Below, one piece after another: positions 10,413 to 20,541 of a stretch of DNA of 64,000 nt. Position 1 is the stretch's first letter. Each line of letters starts with the position of its first letter. This DNA comes from Cyanophyceae cyanobacterium (GTDB lineage Bacteria; Cyanobacteriota; Cyanobacteriia; Cyanobacteriales; JBHJGN01): positions 1 through 64,000 of the forward strand of contig JBHJGN010000018.1 of NCBI GenBank assembly GCA_050331735.1. Direction: 5' to 3'. Both the position numbers and the translations under genes were made by a program. The notes beneath the pieces are model-generated. The model was given only the letters and a program-made list of their open reading frames with translations, was not told the DNA's origin and did not search any database.

Positions 10413-10578
10413 ATCGCTGCGCGACGGGGAAAGGGAAAATTGTCGCGTCTACAAAGAACACAGAGTTCAGAAGCTAATCAAACCCCCTTTCCCCTGTTCC
10501 CTGTTCCCGTTGCGGAGCAACTTTTTTCCCGTTGCGGAGCAACTTCCCCCTTTCCCCTGTTCTCCGCGCCTGCGGCGC
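10413..10578. repeat. Modular heptamer/minihairpin repeat element (copy A)
   Basis: Purine arm GGGGAAAGGGAAAA, then core, then pyrimidine arm TTTCCCC units interrupted by GTTGC-GGA-GCAAC (x2, 10509 and 10531) and GCGCC-TGC-GGCGC hairpins. Confidence 0.8.
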
Positions 10579-11268
10579 TCGATACCAGCGCGCTAGGGTG
10601 GCTGGGGGAATTCCCAAGAAGTAGCCAGCGATCGTCACTTGGTTAATGAGAGTGGTGCGGATGATGCCTAATTTCTGCCAGCGGCGAGCGGACGTTAAGA
10701 CAGCAGCGGGAACAATATGAATGCGTCCGCGTTGTTGTAGCCGCCGAACCAGCTCAAAATCTTCCATGATGGGGAGACTAGCAAAGCCTCCTACGTCTTT
10801 AAATACGTCTGCTCTCAAAAAGAGCGCCTGATCGCCATAGGGAAGCGAGAGCAGGCGCGATCGCCAGTTGACCATTCTCTCCACAAAGCGGAGTAAGCGC
10901 CCTGGAGCGTCAATTTTTAATTCAAACGCCCCGGCAGCCGTTGTGGGAGTAGCTAGCGCCGCCTCAACGAGGGTTGGATAATTGCTGGGTAGACGAGTAT
11001 CAGCGTGAAGAAACAGCAGCACATTTTTGGTGGCCACCGCTGCTCCTCGATTCATCTGATTAGCCCGTCCCGGCGGCGAACCGATCACTCTAGCCCCTAG
11101 AGAACGGGCAATTTCGCCAGTGTGATCGCTGCTGCCGCCGTCAACCACAATGATCTCTAGCTCATTATTCCGGCTGAGATCAGTACTTTGGGGAGCGGTC
11201 AACGAACGGAGTGTTGCCTGAATTTGGGCAGCTTCATTGAGAACCGGAACAATAATGCTAATCGCCAT
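10474..11268 (-). CDS. GT2 glycosyltransferase, TIGR04283-like family
   Basis: ISIIVPVLNE, VVDGGSSD, GRANQMN, FLHADT, PYGDQALF, IMEDFEL, TSARRW. The last ~34 residues are encoded by the repeat element. Confidence 0.88.
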   Translation of the reverse strand: MAISIIVPVLNEAAQIQATLRSLTAPQSTDLSRNNELEIIVVDGGSSDHTGEIARSLGARVIGSPPGRANQMNRGAAVATKNVLLFLHADTRLPSNYPTLVEAALATPTTAAGAFELKIDAPGRLLRFVERMVNWRSRLLSLPYGDQALFLRADVFKDVGGFASLPIMEDFELVRRLQQRGRIHIVPAAVLTSARRWQKLGIIRTTLINQVTIAGYFLGIPPATLARWYRAPQARRTGERGKLLRNGKKVAPQREQGTGERGFD

Positions 11269-11340
11269 ACTACAGTAGAAATGAGTCGGGGCGTTCCGTG
11301 TAGTGTAGCGCCTCTTCCCTAGACCTGTGATGAGAACCAG

Positions 11341-12108
11341 ATGAGATTTTGGAGTGTGCCCCTGATCGTCTTGATTCTGCTGTGGACGATGTGGACAATG
11401 CCGAGGGCGATCGCCCTTTCGAGTACCAGCCTCGATGAATTTTCCCGTTCTAGCGCGATTCAGCCTGCGACCGGAGATTTAGAGTATCCAGACTGGATGG
11501 CGGGGACGTGGGAGGTAACGAGTACGCTCGTCGCAGCCAGCGCCCCCCTAGCCCCAGAAATTGTGTCGCCGGGGTTCGAGAGCAACCGCCGCACCCTGAA
11601 TCAGCCCTTCAAATTTCAGGTTCGGTTTAGGACAAAGTATGCCGCGCCGCGCACTATCCCCGTACCATCATTAACCAAATTACCCGTCGTGGCCGACCGC
11701 GCCTTTAATGGGTTAAAAATCGCGGAGGCTTACCTAGGAGAGGATGCGGTGTTATCGGTCAAAGGCGATCCTGACACCCCGAATCGGCAAATTACCCGGC
11801 TAGCGAGCGGTCAGCTTATTTCAACCATCACTCGACGAGGCAGCCAATCTCCTTCTGCTGACGAGTTTACCGCGACAGAAATCTGTCAGCAAATTTTTCG
11901 CAGCCGCTCCCAAATTTATCTAAATGAGGTAGCAACCACCACCACCTATCGGCATACTGGCGACAGAATTGCAGCCGATCAAACTACCGCTATTTATCTC
12001 TCACCGCAAGATCCTAACTACTTTCGCGCCGCTGGTCGACCGGTGGCCCACTACCGCTATCGGCTAGAGCTAGTGCCAGTCGACCAGTTACGAATGACCA
12101 ATCACTAG
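11341..12108 (+). CDS. Conserved cyanobacterial secreted protein (DUF6816-like)
   Basis: Signal peptide; YPDWMAGTWEVTSTL, VADRAFN, YLSPQDPNYF...RPVAHYRY. Confidence 0.75.
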   Translation: MRFWSVPLIVLILLWTMWTMPRAIALSSTSLDEFSRSSAIQPATGDLEYPDWMAGTWEVTSTLVAASAPLAPEIVSPGFESNRRTLNQPFKFQVRFRTKYAAPRTIPVPSLTKLPVVADRAFNGLKIAEAYLGEDAVLSVKGDPDTPNRQITRLASGQLISTITRRGSQSPSADEFTATEICQQIFRSRSQIYLNEVATTTTYRHTGDRIAADQTTAIYLSPQDPNYFRAAGRPVAHYRYRLELVPVDQLRMTNH

Positions 12109-12184
12109 TGACCAAGAACACGGTAGCGCCGCTCTTCCGTCGAGGGCCATCTCCCGACTAAAACCAGGGGGATGAGTTGATGAT

Positions 12185-12421
12185 TTAGCTCGGCAGGCTC
12201 GTCCACGCTTGCGTCACAATGTTACTAAGCCAGCACCGCTGCCCCCGATCGAGAATACAATCTTCTTTGAGAACCTCGGCGGTCAGTTCGTCTAGAGATT
12301 GACCCTCTCGACGAGCCATTTCCACAACGCCGGCGATCGCAGCGGCGACAATTTCTTCATCGACCGATTCTTGGCGAAGTGCCATAATTTCTTCTGTGTT
12401 TGTCGGAATTAAATCACGCAT
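12185..12421 (-). CDS. Small conserved cyanobacterial hypothetical protein
   Basis: ATG at 12421; DEEIVAAAIAGVVEMARREGQSLDELTAEVL helical motif. Confidence 0.7.
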   Translation of the reverse strand: MRDLIPTNTEEIMALRQESVDEEIVAAAIAGVVEMARREGQSLDELTAEVLKEDCILDRGQRCWLSNIVTQAWTSLPS

Positions 12422-12564
12422 GGTTAAGCTGTCTCTCAAATAAGTAACGAATAAAGTTTTGTTAAGAAAATTAATTTTGATAATTAAAAGTTTAGCTTAC
12501 CTTGACCCCCATTAACTCTGTCCTTGTTAGTAGTTGCCCGATTAAGTGAATCTGTATTGAATCT

Positions 12565-14577
12565 GTGATGAAAGAACTGCTTTATTTAGAAATTCCCACT
12601 GCCGATACTGCAACGGTTCGTACCTGGCTTCAGCAGGAGTGGCAGCCTCAGCGCGGACACAAACGGGTGACTCCTGACGGCGTGTGTTTACAGTGTTCAA
12701 CACCGGCCCTAATCCCCGCAGAACTTGCTATTTTCGTCTGGTCGCTCCAGCGGACAACCTATCTCAAAGTGTTTCAGTGGGATCCCTTTGCTGGCAGTAG
12801 CAAAATCTGTCGGCAGTTAGAGACGGCGCTGAGAGCACGTTTTCCGCAGCAGTACCCAAAACCGCCGAATATTGACTCCCAGCAGTCGATCTTTGACGCC
12901 CTAGCTCCCTACTACCCCCAAACGGTCCACTTTTTCCAGAAAATGCCGCAGGGGGAGTACGATCTTAGGCGCGTCTACTGGTGGGAAAAGCGCTGGCGGG
13001 AAAGTGTACGTCAGCCCAAACAGCCCAAGCCGGTAATTTTTCAAGACCCATCTCGGGCAACAACTCCTCTGAACTACGACATTATCTATATTGGCGGTGC
13101 TTTAGGCGCCATCCATGCAGCGGTCATGGCCCAGCGAGGCTACCGTGTTTTGCTCGTGGAGCGGCTTCCTTTTGGGCGGATGAATCGGGAGTGGAATATT
13201 TCCCGTTCGGAATTTCAAAGCCTAATTGATTTAGGATTGTTTACCGAGGCTGAATTTGAAAGCATCATTGCTAGGGAGTATATCGACGGATACAACAAGT
13301 TCTTTGATGGCACAATTCCGGAAAACCTCAGAGCCGATGTGCTGCATACGCCAACGGTACTCAATATTGCTCTAAATTCCCAAAAATTCTTAGAGCTGTG
13401 TGGCACTAAGCTCAGGCAGGCTGGGGGTGAAATCTGGGACGAAACTGAGTTTATTCGCGCTCATGTTGCTCCCGAGCAAGTCAGTGTTGAACTGGTCCAC
13501 CTCCCGACACAAACAACCAAACGGGTGAGCGGACGATTACTGCTCGATGCGATGGGAACGGCATCACCAATTGCCTGGCAGCTTAATGGCGGTCGAGCTT
13601 TTGATAGCGTTTGTCCAACGGTGGGAGCGGTAATTCAGAGTGGCTTTGAGCCCGGAGTTTGGGACTCTAACTATGGCGATGTCCTCAATTCTCACGGCGA
13701 TATTTCCAGAGGAAGACAGTTGATTTGGGAGCTGTTTCCGGGGGAAGGAGAAGAACTCACTATCTATCTGTTCCACTACCATCAGGTGCATCCCGATAAC
13801 CCCGGCTCTTTATTAGAAATGTATGAAGATTTCTTTACAATTCTACCGGAGTACCGCCGCTGCGATGTGGAACAGCTCGTCTGGAAGAAACCCACCTTTG
13901 GGTACATTCCCGGGCACTTTAGCACGAGTCAAAGCGATCGCACGGTAGCTTTCGATCGTCTACTCGCGATTGGAGATGCGGCGTCTCTTCAGTCGCCGCT
14001 CGTCTTTACCGGATTTGGTTCCTTGGTGCGAAACCTCAATCGCCTAACGAATCTACTAGATACGGCGCTACAGCACGATCTCCTGGAGGCGAAACACCTC
14101 AACCAAATCCGCGCCTACCAAAGCAATGTCTCGGTCACCTGGCTCTTTTCTAAGGGCATGATGGTGCCTACGGGGAAAACTTTAGCGCCGCAGAAAATTA
14201 ATGCGATGCTGAACACCTTTTTCGGACTGCTGGCCGATGAACCGCTAGAAGTTGCCGATACCTTTATTAAAGATCGTGCTAACTGGATGATGTTCACGCA
14301 TCTGGCCCTTAAAGCTGCTCGTAAAAATCCGGCTATCTTGCTGTGGATTGTCGAAATGGCGGGTGTAAAAGATCTAGTGCGCTGGACAGGTTCGTATCTA
14401 GTATTCACCGTGGATGCGTTTACTAACTGGCTGTTGAAACGCTGGTTTCCCCAGTGGCTGCGGCAGTCTCAAACGTGGCTAGAGAAATATCCGGCTTTAT
14501 GGCTGAAGCTGTTGAGTGTTCGGTATGGACTCACGATTAATTTACCTCGAATTTCGAGTAAAAAGGTGACGGGGTGA
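12565..14577 (+). CDS. cruA: Lycopene cyclase CruA (FAD-dependent)
   Basis: YIGGALG FAD motif, GRMNREWNISR, CPTVG, GDAASLQSPLVFTGFGS; N-terminal extension and ~670-aa length fit CruA rather than CruP. Confidence 0.85.
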   Translation: MMKELLYLEIPTADTATVRTWLQQEWQPQRGHKRVTPDGVCLQCSTPALIPAELAIFVWSLQRTTYLKVFQWDPFAGSSKICRQLETALRARFPQQYPKPPNIDSQQSIFDALAPYYPQTVHFFQKMPQGEYDLRRVYWWEKRWRESVRQPKQPKPVIFQDPSRATTPLNYDIIYIGGALGAIHAAVMAQRGYRVLLVERLPFGRMNREWNISRSEFQSLIDLGLFTEAEFESIIAREYIDGYNKFFDGTIPENLRADVLHTPTVLNIALNSQKFLELCGTKLRQAGGEIWDETEFIRAHVAPEQVSVELVHLPTQTTKRVSGRLLLDAMGTASPIAWQLNGGRAFDSVCPTVGAVIQSGFEPGVWDSNYGDVLNSHGDISRGRQLIWELFPGEGEELTIYLFHYHQVHPDNPGSLLEMYEDFFTILPEYRRCDVEQLVWKKPTFGYIPGHFSTSQSDRTVAFDRLLAIGDAASLQSPLVFTGFGSLVRNLNRLTNLLDTALQHDLLEAKHLNQIRAYQSNVSVTWLFSKGMMVPTGKTLAPQKINAMLNTFFGLLADEPLEVADTFIKDRANWMMFTHLALKAARKNPAILLWIVEMAGVKDLVRWTGSYLVFTVDAFTNWLLKRWFPQWLRQSQTWLEKYPALWLKLLSVRYGLTINLPRISSKKVTG

Positions 14578-14688
14578 CAGTTATCAATAATTACAAACGC
14601 AGTTGGGGCTTAATCATCAGCAGATCGCTTTTTTAAAAGATTGCGTTAGCCTAAACAAAATTATCGGAAAAATATCGCTTTTTAAGCC

Positions 14689-16317
14689 ATGAAAGTTATT
14701 CGTCTTCTGCTGAAGAACTCTAGCAAAATCTTTTTATTAGCAGCAGTAACGAGTTTTATCAGTGGTGCGAGTGGTGCTGGGGCGATCGCCGTTATTAATT
14801 ATGCGATCGCCTCTTTGCCCAATTTACCTCATTGGTTACTGTGGGTGTTTCTTGGTCTTTGCCTAATTTTGTGGATTTTTCGGTTTATTAGCTGGGTATT
14901 AATTACTCGTCTATCTCAAGAAGTAATCTACAGTTTACGCTTAGAGATGACGCAGCAGATCTTAGGTTGTCCTTTACAGCATTTGGAAACCGTTGGCGCA
15001 TCAAAGCTATTAGCAACGCTAACAGGAGATATCAACGCCATTGCCACAGCTTCAGTTCAGCTATCGATTGCGATCGTTAATTTTGCTGTACTGGCGAGCA
15101 TCTTTGCTTATTTATGCTGGCTTTCGCCGCTATTATTTTTGATTGTATTGGGTAGTACTGTCGCTGGATATACTTTGTTTAATTTTCTCCAAAGACAAGG
15201 AAACGAGGACTTTAAAAAATTTCGTGTTACTCAAGATGTTTTATTCGGTCATTTTCGCTCAATTACTGAAGGAACAAAAGAATTAAAATTACATCGTCCC
15301 AGAAGAATAGCGTTAATTAATGAAGAATTAAAAGTCAGTGCAGCTCAAGCAAAACACTATTGGGTTAAAGCAGTAACAGCTTTCGCTTTTGGTGGGTCTA
15401 CAGGAACAGTACTATTTTTTGTTCCCATTGGGTTAATTTTGTTTGTTTTTCCTAGCTTAGGAACAGTTTCTCCAGCAATCCTATCTAGTTATACCCTAGC
15501 TGTTCTATATATGATTAGCCCGATTACTGAAATCACCTCTGCTTTACCTCAAATAGCTCAAGCAAATGTGGCATTAAACAACATTGATTCTCTCGGCTTG
15601 TCTCTTGCCAATCCAGTGACGGAACCCGCTTTTCCGACCGAGACTGATTTTGGCGCTAACTGGTCGAGCTTGGAATTAGCAGAGCTTCATCACGTTTATG
15701 GGGAAGCAGAAGAACATCAATTTAGTTTAGACTATATTAATCTTAAGTTTCAGCCTGGAGAAATTGTTTTTATTGTTGGTGGTAACGGTAGCGGTAAATC
15801 TACGCTGGTCAAACTGATTACGGGGTTATATACTCCCGATCGCGGTCAAATCTTATTTGATCATATTCCCGTTACTGATAATAATCGAGAATGGTATCGA
15901 CAGCAGTTTTCAGTCGTATTCTATGATTTTTACTTATTTGAGCGTCTGTTGGGATTACAGACAAACCACCACGAAAAAATACTAAGCTATTTAAAGTTAC
16001 TAGAAATAGATCATAAAGTAACAGTCAAAGACGGAATTTTATCCACGACAAACTTATCTCAGGGACAGCGCAAACGATTAGCATTACTAACGGCTTATTT
16101 AGAAGACCGCCCAATCTATGTGTTTGATGAATGGGCATCCGATCAAGATCCGGTATTTAAAGACGTGTTTTACATGAAATTAATTCCCGAATTGAAAAGC
16201 CGAGGCAAAACTATCATTGCAGTGAGTCACGATGACCGCTATTTTGATCGGTGCGATCGCTTAGTTAAGCTAGAGTATGGTCGCGTTGTTGAAAATCGTC
16301 GGCTTTCTCATCCGTAA
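14689..16317 (+). CDS. Cyclic peptide export ABC transporter (PvdE/SyrD/YojI family)
   Basis: TMD plus NBD; EGTKELKLH, GGNGSGKST, LSQGQRKRLAL, FDEWASDQDP, SHDDRYF. Confidence 0.93.
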   Translation: MKVIRLLLKNSSKIFLLAAVTSFISGASGAGAIAVINYAIASLPNLPHWLLWVFLGLCLILWIFRFISWVLITRLSQEVIYSLRLEMTQQILGCPLQHLETVGASKLLATLTGDINAIATASVQLSIAIVNFAVLASIFAYLCWLSPLLFLIVLGSTVAGYTLFNFLQRQGNEDFKKFRVTQDVLFGHFRSITEGTKELKLHRPRRIALINEELKVSAAQAKHYWVKAVTAFAFGGSTGTVLFFVPIGLILFVFPSLGTVSPAILSSYTLAVLYMISPITEITSALPQIAQANVALNNIDSLGLSLANPVTEPAFPTETDFGANWSSLELAELHHVYGEAEEHQFSLDYINLKFQPGEIVFIVGGNGSGKSTLVKLITGLYTPDRGQILFDHIPVTDNNREWYRQQFSVVFYDFYLFERLLGLQTNHHEKILSYLKLLEIDHKVTVKDGILSTTNLSQGQRKRLALLTAYLEDRPIYVFDEWASDQDPVFKDVFYMKLIPELKSRGKTIIAVSHDDRYFDRCDRLVKLEYGRVVENRRLSHP

Positions 16318-16375
16318 GCTATTGGTGCGATGACAATGGCTTGCATTACCCCTAAGCACTGAAGAAGCTTGCTCT

Positions 16376-17119
16376 TTAATTTGCGGTCTTGCCTGATTTA
16401 TTTTGATGCGATATTTGTCGCCGATCGAGCCAGCGTCGAAAGAAACGATAACTAGCGCGCACTCCATCTAAAATAGAGTGGGGTAATGTCAAGCGATGCC
16501 AAGAAAAGAACGGTAAATAGATCCAGTAGTAAGCTTTTTTCAAATCTTCCCAGGCTAAACAAGGTTCTTCCCGCAAAAAATCTGACACATCGACAACTAA
16601 CCCTCTCCCGTTAGACATCATGACATTACGACCATGCACGTCATGAGGATGCAAATGGCGGCTGCGAGCATATTCCAAAGCATAATCGATATCTTTAATT
16701 ACCTGTTGAGGAATTTTGATTCCCTGATGCATGCAGTCGTATAAGGTGGTTCCGTGCAGTCTCTTGAGAACTAGATAATTATTTTCAGCATACAAACATT
16801 CTGAGAAAGCAGGATGAGAACCCAAACGACAGTACACTTCCAACTCTTCTTCCCACCCCTGCCTTCCGGGAGCGTACACCTTGACAACTAGCTCGCTATG
16901 GTCTGGATGGTAGAATACGCCTGCGTAGTTTCCTGTCCCTAAAACTTGCCAAGGTTCTGGAATATGTTGAACGACAACAGGATTATAGGGGCGGATACTC
17001 TCAATTCTGAGCTGAGGAAGTAGTTCTTGATGAATCTTGACAATTAACTGCGCTAAGTCTGTTTGATTTTGATAAGAGTTGCTAGCAGCAGCAAAATCAG
17101 TTGGAATAAAAAACGACAT
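16376..17119 (-). CDS. Short atypical Ser/Thr kinase-like protein
   Basis: LGTGNYAGVF, VVKVY, HPHDVHGRNVM, VVDVSDF. Confidence 0.8.
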   Translation of the reverse strand: MSFFIPTDFAAASNSYQNQTDLAQLIVKIHQELLPQLRIESIRPYNPVVVQHIPEPWQVLGTGNYAGVFYHPDHSELVVKVYAPGRQGWEEELEVYCRLGSHPAFSECLYAENNYLVLKRLHGTTLYDCMHQGIKIPQQVIKDIDYALEYARSRHLHPHDVHGRNVMMSNGRGLVVDVSDFLREEPCLAWEDLKKAYYWIYLPFFSWHRLTLPHSILDGVRASYRFFRRWLDRRQISHQNKSGKTAN

Positions 17120-17182
17120 CTGCGGTTAAGCTTGTTAAAACTATAGTTAATTTAACTGTTTACAGTTTAGCGGCAGGAAGTA

Positions 17183-17333
17183 ATACCAATTAGAAGAAGT
17201 AATAGGAGACTTGATGAGTTGGGGGAAAGGGGAAGGGGTAAAGGGGAAAGGGAAGCACAGCCGCTTTTTGCCCTTGAACCTCCAATGCTTGGTTAGTTTA
17301 AGGAACTATCTAACTACTTTCGGTAAATGGTAT
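17183..17333. mobile_element. MITE, 151 bp (family 1, copy 1)
   Basis: Imperfect TIRs ATACCAATTA... / ...TAAATGGTAT; near-identical second copy at 37010-37153. Confidence 0.88.
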
Positions 17334-17482
17334 AAGTTTTAAATTGGTTATTATCAAAATTAAGTTAACTGTTTTAACAGTCTACCATTTTCCCCTTGAG
17401 AATTACCGAGAAAACAATTTGGACGCGGCAGATATATTACTGTAGTGGATCTTACCAACAGCAAAACATTAACAAATAGTCA

Positions 17483-18061
17483 ATGGACGATCAAACCCCA
17501 AAATTAGTCAAAAAAATTGAGATTGTTTTTGAAGCAATTATTTGGAACTTTCGTTTTTTTATCCTAGCCCCAGTGGTCTTCAGTTTGCTAAGTGCTTTGC
17601 GCTTGATTATTATTGGAACTTTTGATATTTGGGCAGGACTGGTGTTGAGTTTTGATCCTCAAGATCCAGAAGGTGAAGAAACCATCAAAATTGTTGCCTA
17701 TATCATCGGCGGCATTGATTATTACTTGATCGGAATCGTTTTATTAATTTTTGCTTTTGGTATCTATGAGCTGTTTATCTCAGAAATAGATATCAAACAT
17801 AGAGACGATTCTAGTATTTTACAGAGTGAAACACTAGAGGAGCTTAAAGGTAAATTAGTCAACGTTATTGTAGTCGCCCTGATTGTTAGTTTCTTTAAAC
17901 GAATGCTTAACTTAGAAATACGGCAGGTAAGCGATGTAGTTTACATAGCATCAGCAATTTTACTCATTTCTATTAGCCAGTATCTCTTAAATTTAAATCA
18001 TCTCAATTCTTTAAAGCACAGCAAACCTTCTACAAAGGCTGACTCAGATGCTTCAAGCTAA
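17483..18061 (+). CDS. YqhA / UPF0114 family membrane protein
   Basis: IDYYLIGIVLLIFAFGIYELFISEID, LEELKGKL..VIVVALIVSFF. Confidence 0.88.
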   Translation: MDDQTPKLVKKIEIVFEAIIWNFRFFILAPVVFSLLSALRLIIIGTFDIWAGLVLSFDPQDPEGEETIKIVAYIIGGIDYYLIGIVLLIFAFGIYELFISEIDIKHRDDSSILQSETLEELKGKLVNVIVVALIVSFFKRMLNLEIRQVSDVVYIASAILLISISQYLLNLNHLNSLKHSKPSTKADSDASS

Positions 18062-18063
18062 TC

Positions 18064-18251
18064 AACGTCAGTTCGGGATCAGAATAGCGGTGGGACCGAA
18101 ACCGCTGCGTTGAGACAAAACCGACCATTTCTGTAGCCCGTGAAGTCGGACTTAGTTTGTGTCGCTGCGACTTGATCTTGCTCAAGGCAGACTAGGCAAG
18201 TGCTCTCCGGCGAAACTTTGAGTCGCTATGCGCTTATCCCAAACTCAGGTT
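18064..18251. mobile_element. MITE, 188 bp (family 2)
   Basis: 19-bp TIRs AACGTCAGTTCGGGATCAG vs reverse complement AACCTGAGTTTGGGATAAG (15/19); non-coding interior. Confidence 0.7.
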
Positions 18252-18583
18252 GTACTACTATGGCTAATTGAGCCTTGGTTGACTGTTTTCCCTATTTTCC
18301 TAGTTGCAGATGTTGGAATCTAATACCAAGAGTATTTGTTCTGCAAGCTTGTTTTACCTAGGCGGTTCTGGCTTGCGTACGGAACGAAAACGTCCGCTAA
18401 GGCTGAAAGCAATGCATGGTCTAGACTAGTTTGCTGCTCTAGTCATCCTTCTAGCAAAAACAGAGAATCCCGTAATGACAATACCAGGAAAACCCGTAAA
18501 CTGGCCGGAAGTAAAGTTGAATGCAGAAGGTGGAGTTGGACATCAAAATCTCGGCGATACGGTAAGCGGTTTAGTTCCATTGA

Positions 18584-18647
18584 GAGAGGGACAATTTCCC
18601 CTGTTTCCCACAGCTTCGCTGCTTTCCCCGCGCCTGCGGCGCTTCCC
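18584..18647. repeat. Modular heptamer/minihairpin repeat, half element (copy B)
   Basis: GAGAGGGACAA, TTTCCCC units, CAGC-TTC-GCTG and GCGCC-TGC-GGCGC hairpins shared with the other copies. Confidence 0.65.
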
Positions 18648-18654
18648 GCTATCC

Positions 18655-20541
18655 TCATAAATACTGCTCAATAAAACTTTGAAGCTGTTTCACCTGAAAT
18701 TCTTCAGCGAGCCGAGTCAGCTTTTCCACAAACGGGATGAGCTGCTCCTCCCCTTTTAACGCTTCTGCTTCTTGAATGACAGTATCTAGGTCTCCTTTTT
18801 TAGAAAGCGCGTACAGCCGGGTGAGACAGTTAACACCAGGAGGCACTACCTCTGCTCCTTCTGAAGGGATTGCTCGCTCATCCTCCTCTCGGTAAATCCA
18901 CTCTAGTTCGAGGTGGACGCGCAACAGCTCTAGCAGACGGTCGAACTGAATTGGCTTTGGCAAAAACTCATCAGCCCCCGCTTCAAAACAGATGTACTGG
19001 TCGTTTTCATAAATACTGGCAGACGTGGCAATAATTTTAACGGCTGCGAGGTGAGGAGAGTGGCGCAGATAGTCGATTAGCTCCGCTCCTTCTATCCCTC
19101 CTGACATCACTAAATCAGTGACAATGAGATCCGGATAAAAAGTCAGCGCCTTGATAATCCCCGCTTGTCCGTCGCTCGCTTGAATGACATTAAAGCCGAT
19201 GGGCTTCAGCAAACTGTCCAGCACGGCCAGATTTTCTGGAGAATCATCGATCGCTAAAATGCTGCGCTGCTTGCCTTGGTAGCCCACAATCGTGCCTTGA
19301 TGGGTTACCGCTGCTGTGGCTGACCATTGAGGGGCTTCGGCGACCTTGATTTCAAACTTGAAAATGCTTCCCTGACCGGGCTGGCTCGTTACCTGAAGGC
19401 GACTTTCCATCAGAGCCAGAATTTTTTGACTAATGGCTAATCCGAGTCCAGTTCCCTGAGAGGACTGTTTGCTGTCTCCAGCCTGTTCAAAGGGCAGAAA
19501 AATTTGGTCAAGTTTTCCTGGAGAAATGCCAATGCCTGTATCCTCAACCGAGAAGCGGAGCGTTATTCCGGTGGAACGATCGCGAGAGAGGTCCACCACT
19601 TCAGCTTTAAAAGTGACGCTGCCGCTGTCGGTAAACTTAATCGCGTTACTCAAAAGATTTAGCAAAACCTGACGTAAACGCCTTTCATCGGCTCTAATTC
19701 CGGGTGGCAGTTGAGGGTCAGATCGATAAAGCAGAGCCAGACCTTTCTGCTGAGCGCGGAGGCGACACATTTCGACGACGTTCTGGAGTAGGGAAGGCAA
19801 GTGGAACTCCACCAGGTGCAGCTCCATTTTCTGGGCCTCAATTTTCGAGAGATCCAAAATATCGTTGATCAACGTCAGGAGATAATTGCTGCACTGATAA
19901 ATGATGCCAACGCCTTTTTTTTCATCGCTGGTTAAATGAGGAGAACGCTGCAAAATTTGAGCATAGCCGATAATCCCGTTGAGAGGGGTACGTAACTCAT
20001 GGCTCATACTCGCAAGGAATTCGCTCTTAGCTTGGTTGGCAACGACCGCCGCTTCTTTAGCTTTGTGAAGCTGAAGGGTTCTTTCCTCAACGCGGTTCTC
20101 TAGTTCCTGGGTTAACTCCTCAAGGGCAGCCTGAGCAGTCGTCCGTTCCTTGATTTCCTGTCGTAGCCTCAACTGAGAGCAAATTCGCGCCAACACCTCT
20201 TCCTGTTGAAAGGGCTTGGTGACGTAATCTACCGCTCCGAGGCGAAACCCCTTGACTTTGTTCTCTGTATCCGCTAGTGCCGTCATAAAAATAACGGGAA
20301 CATCCTGCGTAGCCGGATTTTCCTTGAGCCGACGACAGGTTTCAAAGCCATCGATCCCCGGCATCATCACGTCCAGCAGAATCAGATCGGGAAGGCTATA
20401 CTGAATTTGCTCAATGGCGCTGGCGCCATCAATAGCGACTAACACTTCAAACCCAGCGCTATCTAAAAAATCTGACAAGACGCTCAGGTTAGCCGGATTA
20501 TCATCAACCGCCAGAATGCTGCCCGTTTGCTTCGAGTTCAC
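18655..20541 (-). CDS. Hybrid sensor histidine kinase (REC-HisKA-HATPase-REC)
   Basis: N-terminal receiver [36 protein letters not shown]-terminal receiver; GTG start overlaps upstream TGA. Confidence 0.93.
   Translation of the reverse strand: MNSKQTGSILAVDDNPANLSVLSDFLDSAGFEVLVAIDGASAIEQIQYSLPDLILLDVMMPGIDGFETCRRLKENPATQDVPVIFMTALADTENKVKGFRLGAVDYVTKPFQQEEVLARICSQLRLRQEIKERTTAQAALEELTQELENRVEERTLQLHKAKEAAVVANQAKSEFLASMSHELRTPLNGIIGYAQILQRSPHLTSDEKKGVGIIYQCSNYLLTLINDILDLSKIEAQKMELHLVEFHLPSLLQNVVEMCRLRAQQKGLALLYRSDPQLPPGIRADERRLRQVLLNLLSNAIKFTDSGSVTFKAEVVDLSRDRSTGITLRFSVEDTGIGISPGKLDQIFLPFEQAGDSKQSSQGTGLGLAISQKILALMESRLQVTSQPGQGSIFKFEIKVAEAPQWSATAAVTHQGTIVGYQGKQRSILAIDDSPENLAVLDSLLKPIGFNVIQASDGQAGIIKALTFYPDLIVTDLVMSGGIEGAELIDYLRHSPHLAAVKIIATSASIYENDQYICFEAGADEFLPKPIQFDRLLELLRVHLELEWIYREEDERAIPSEGAEVVPPGVNCLTRLYALSKKGDLDTVIQEAEALKGEEQLIPFVEKLTRLAEEFQVKQLQSFIEQYL

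Noticed and set aside
3779..11268. Arsenosugar-type cluster (FAD oxidoreductase, methyltransferase, TIGR04283-like GT)
   Set aside because: The genes are separated by unrelated genes, and no radical SAM or ArsM-like partner is visible.
18336..18674. Short ORFs between the MITE and the kinase
   Set aside because: Overlapping ORFs on both strands running into repeat DNA, with no recognisable motifs.
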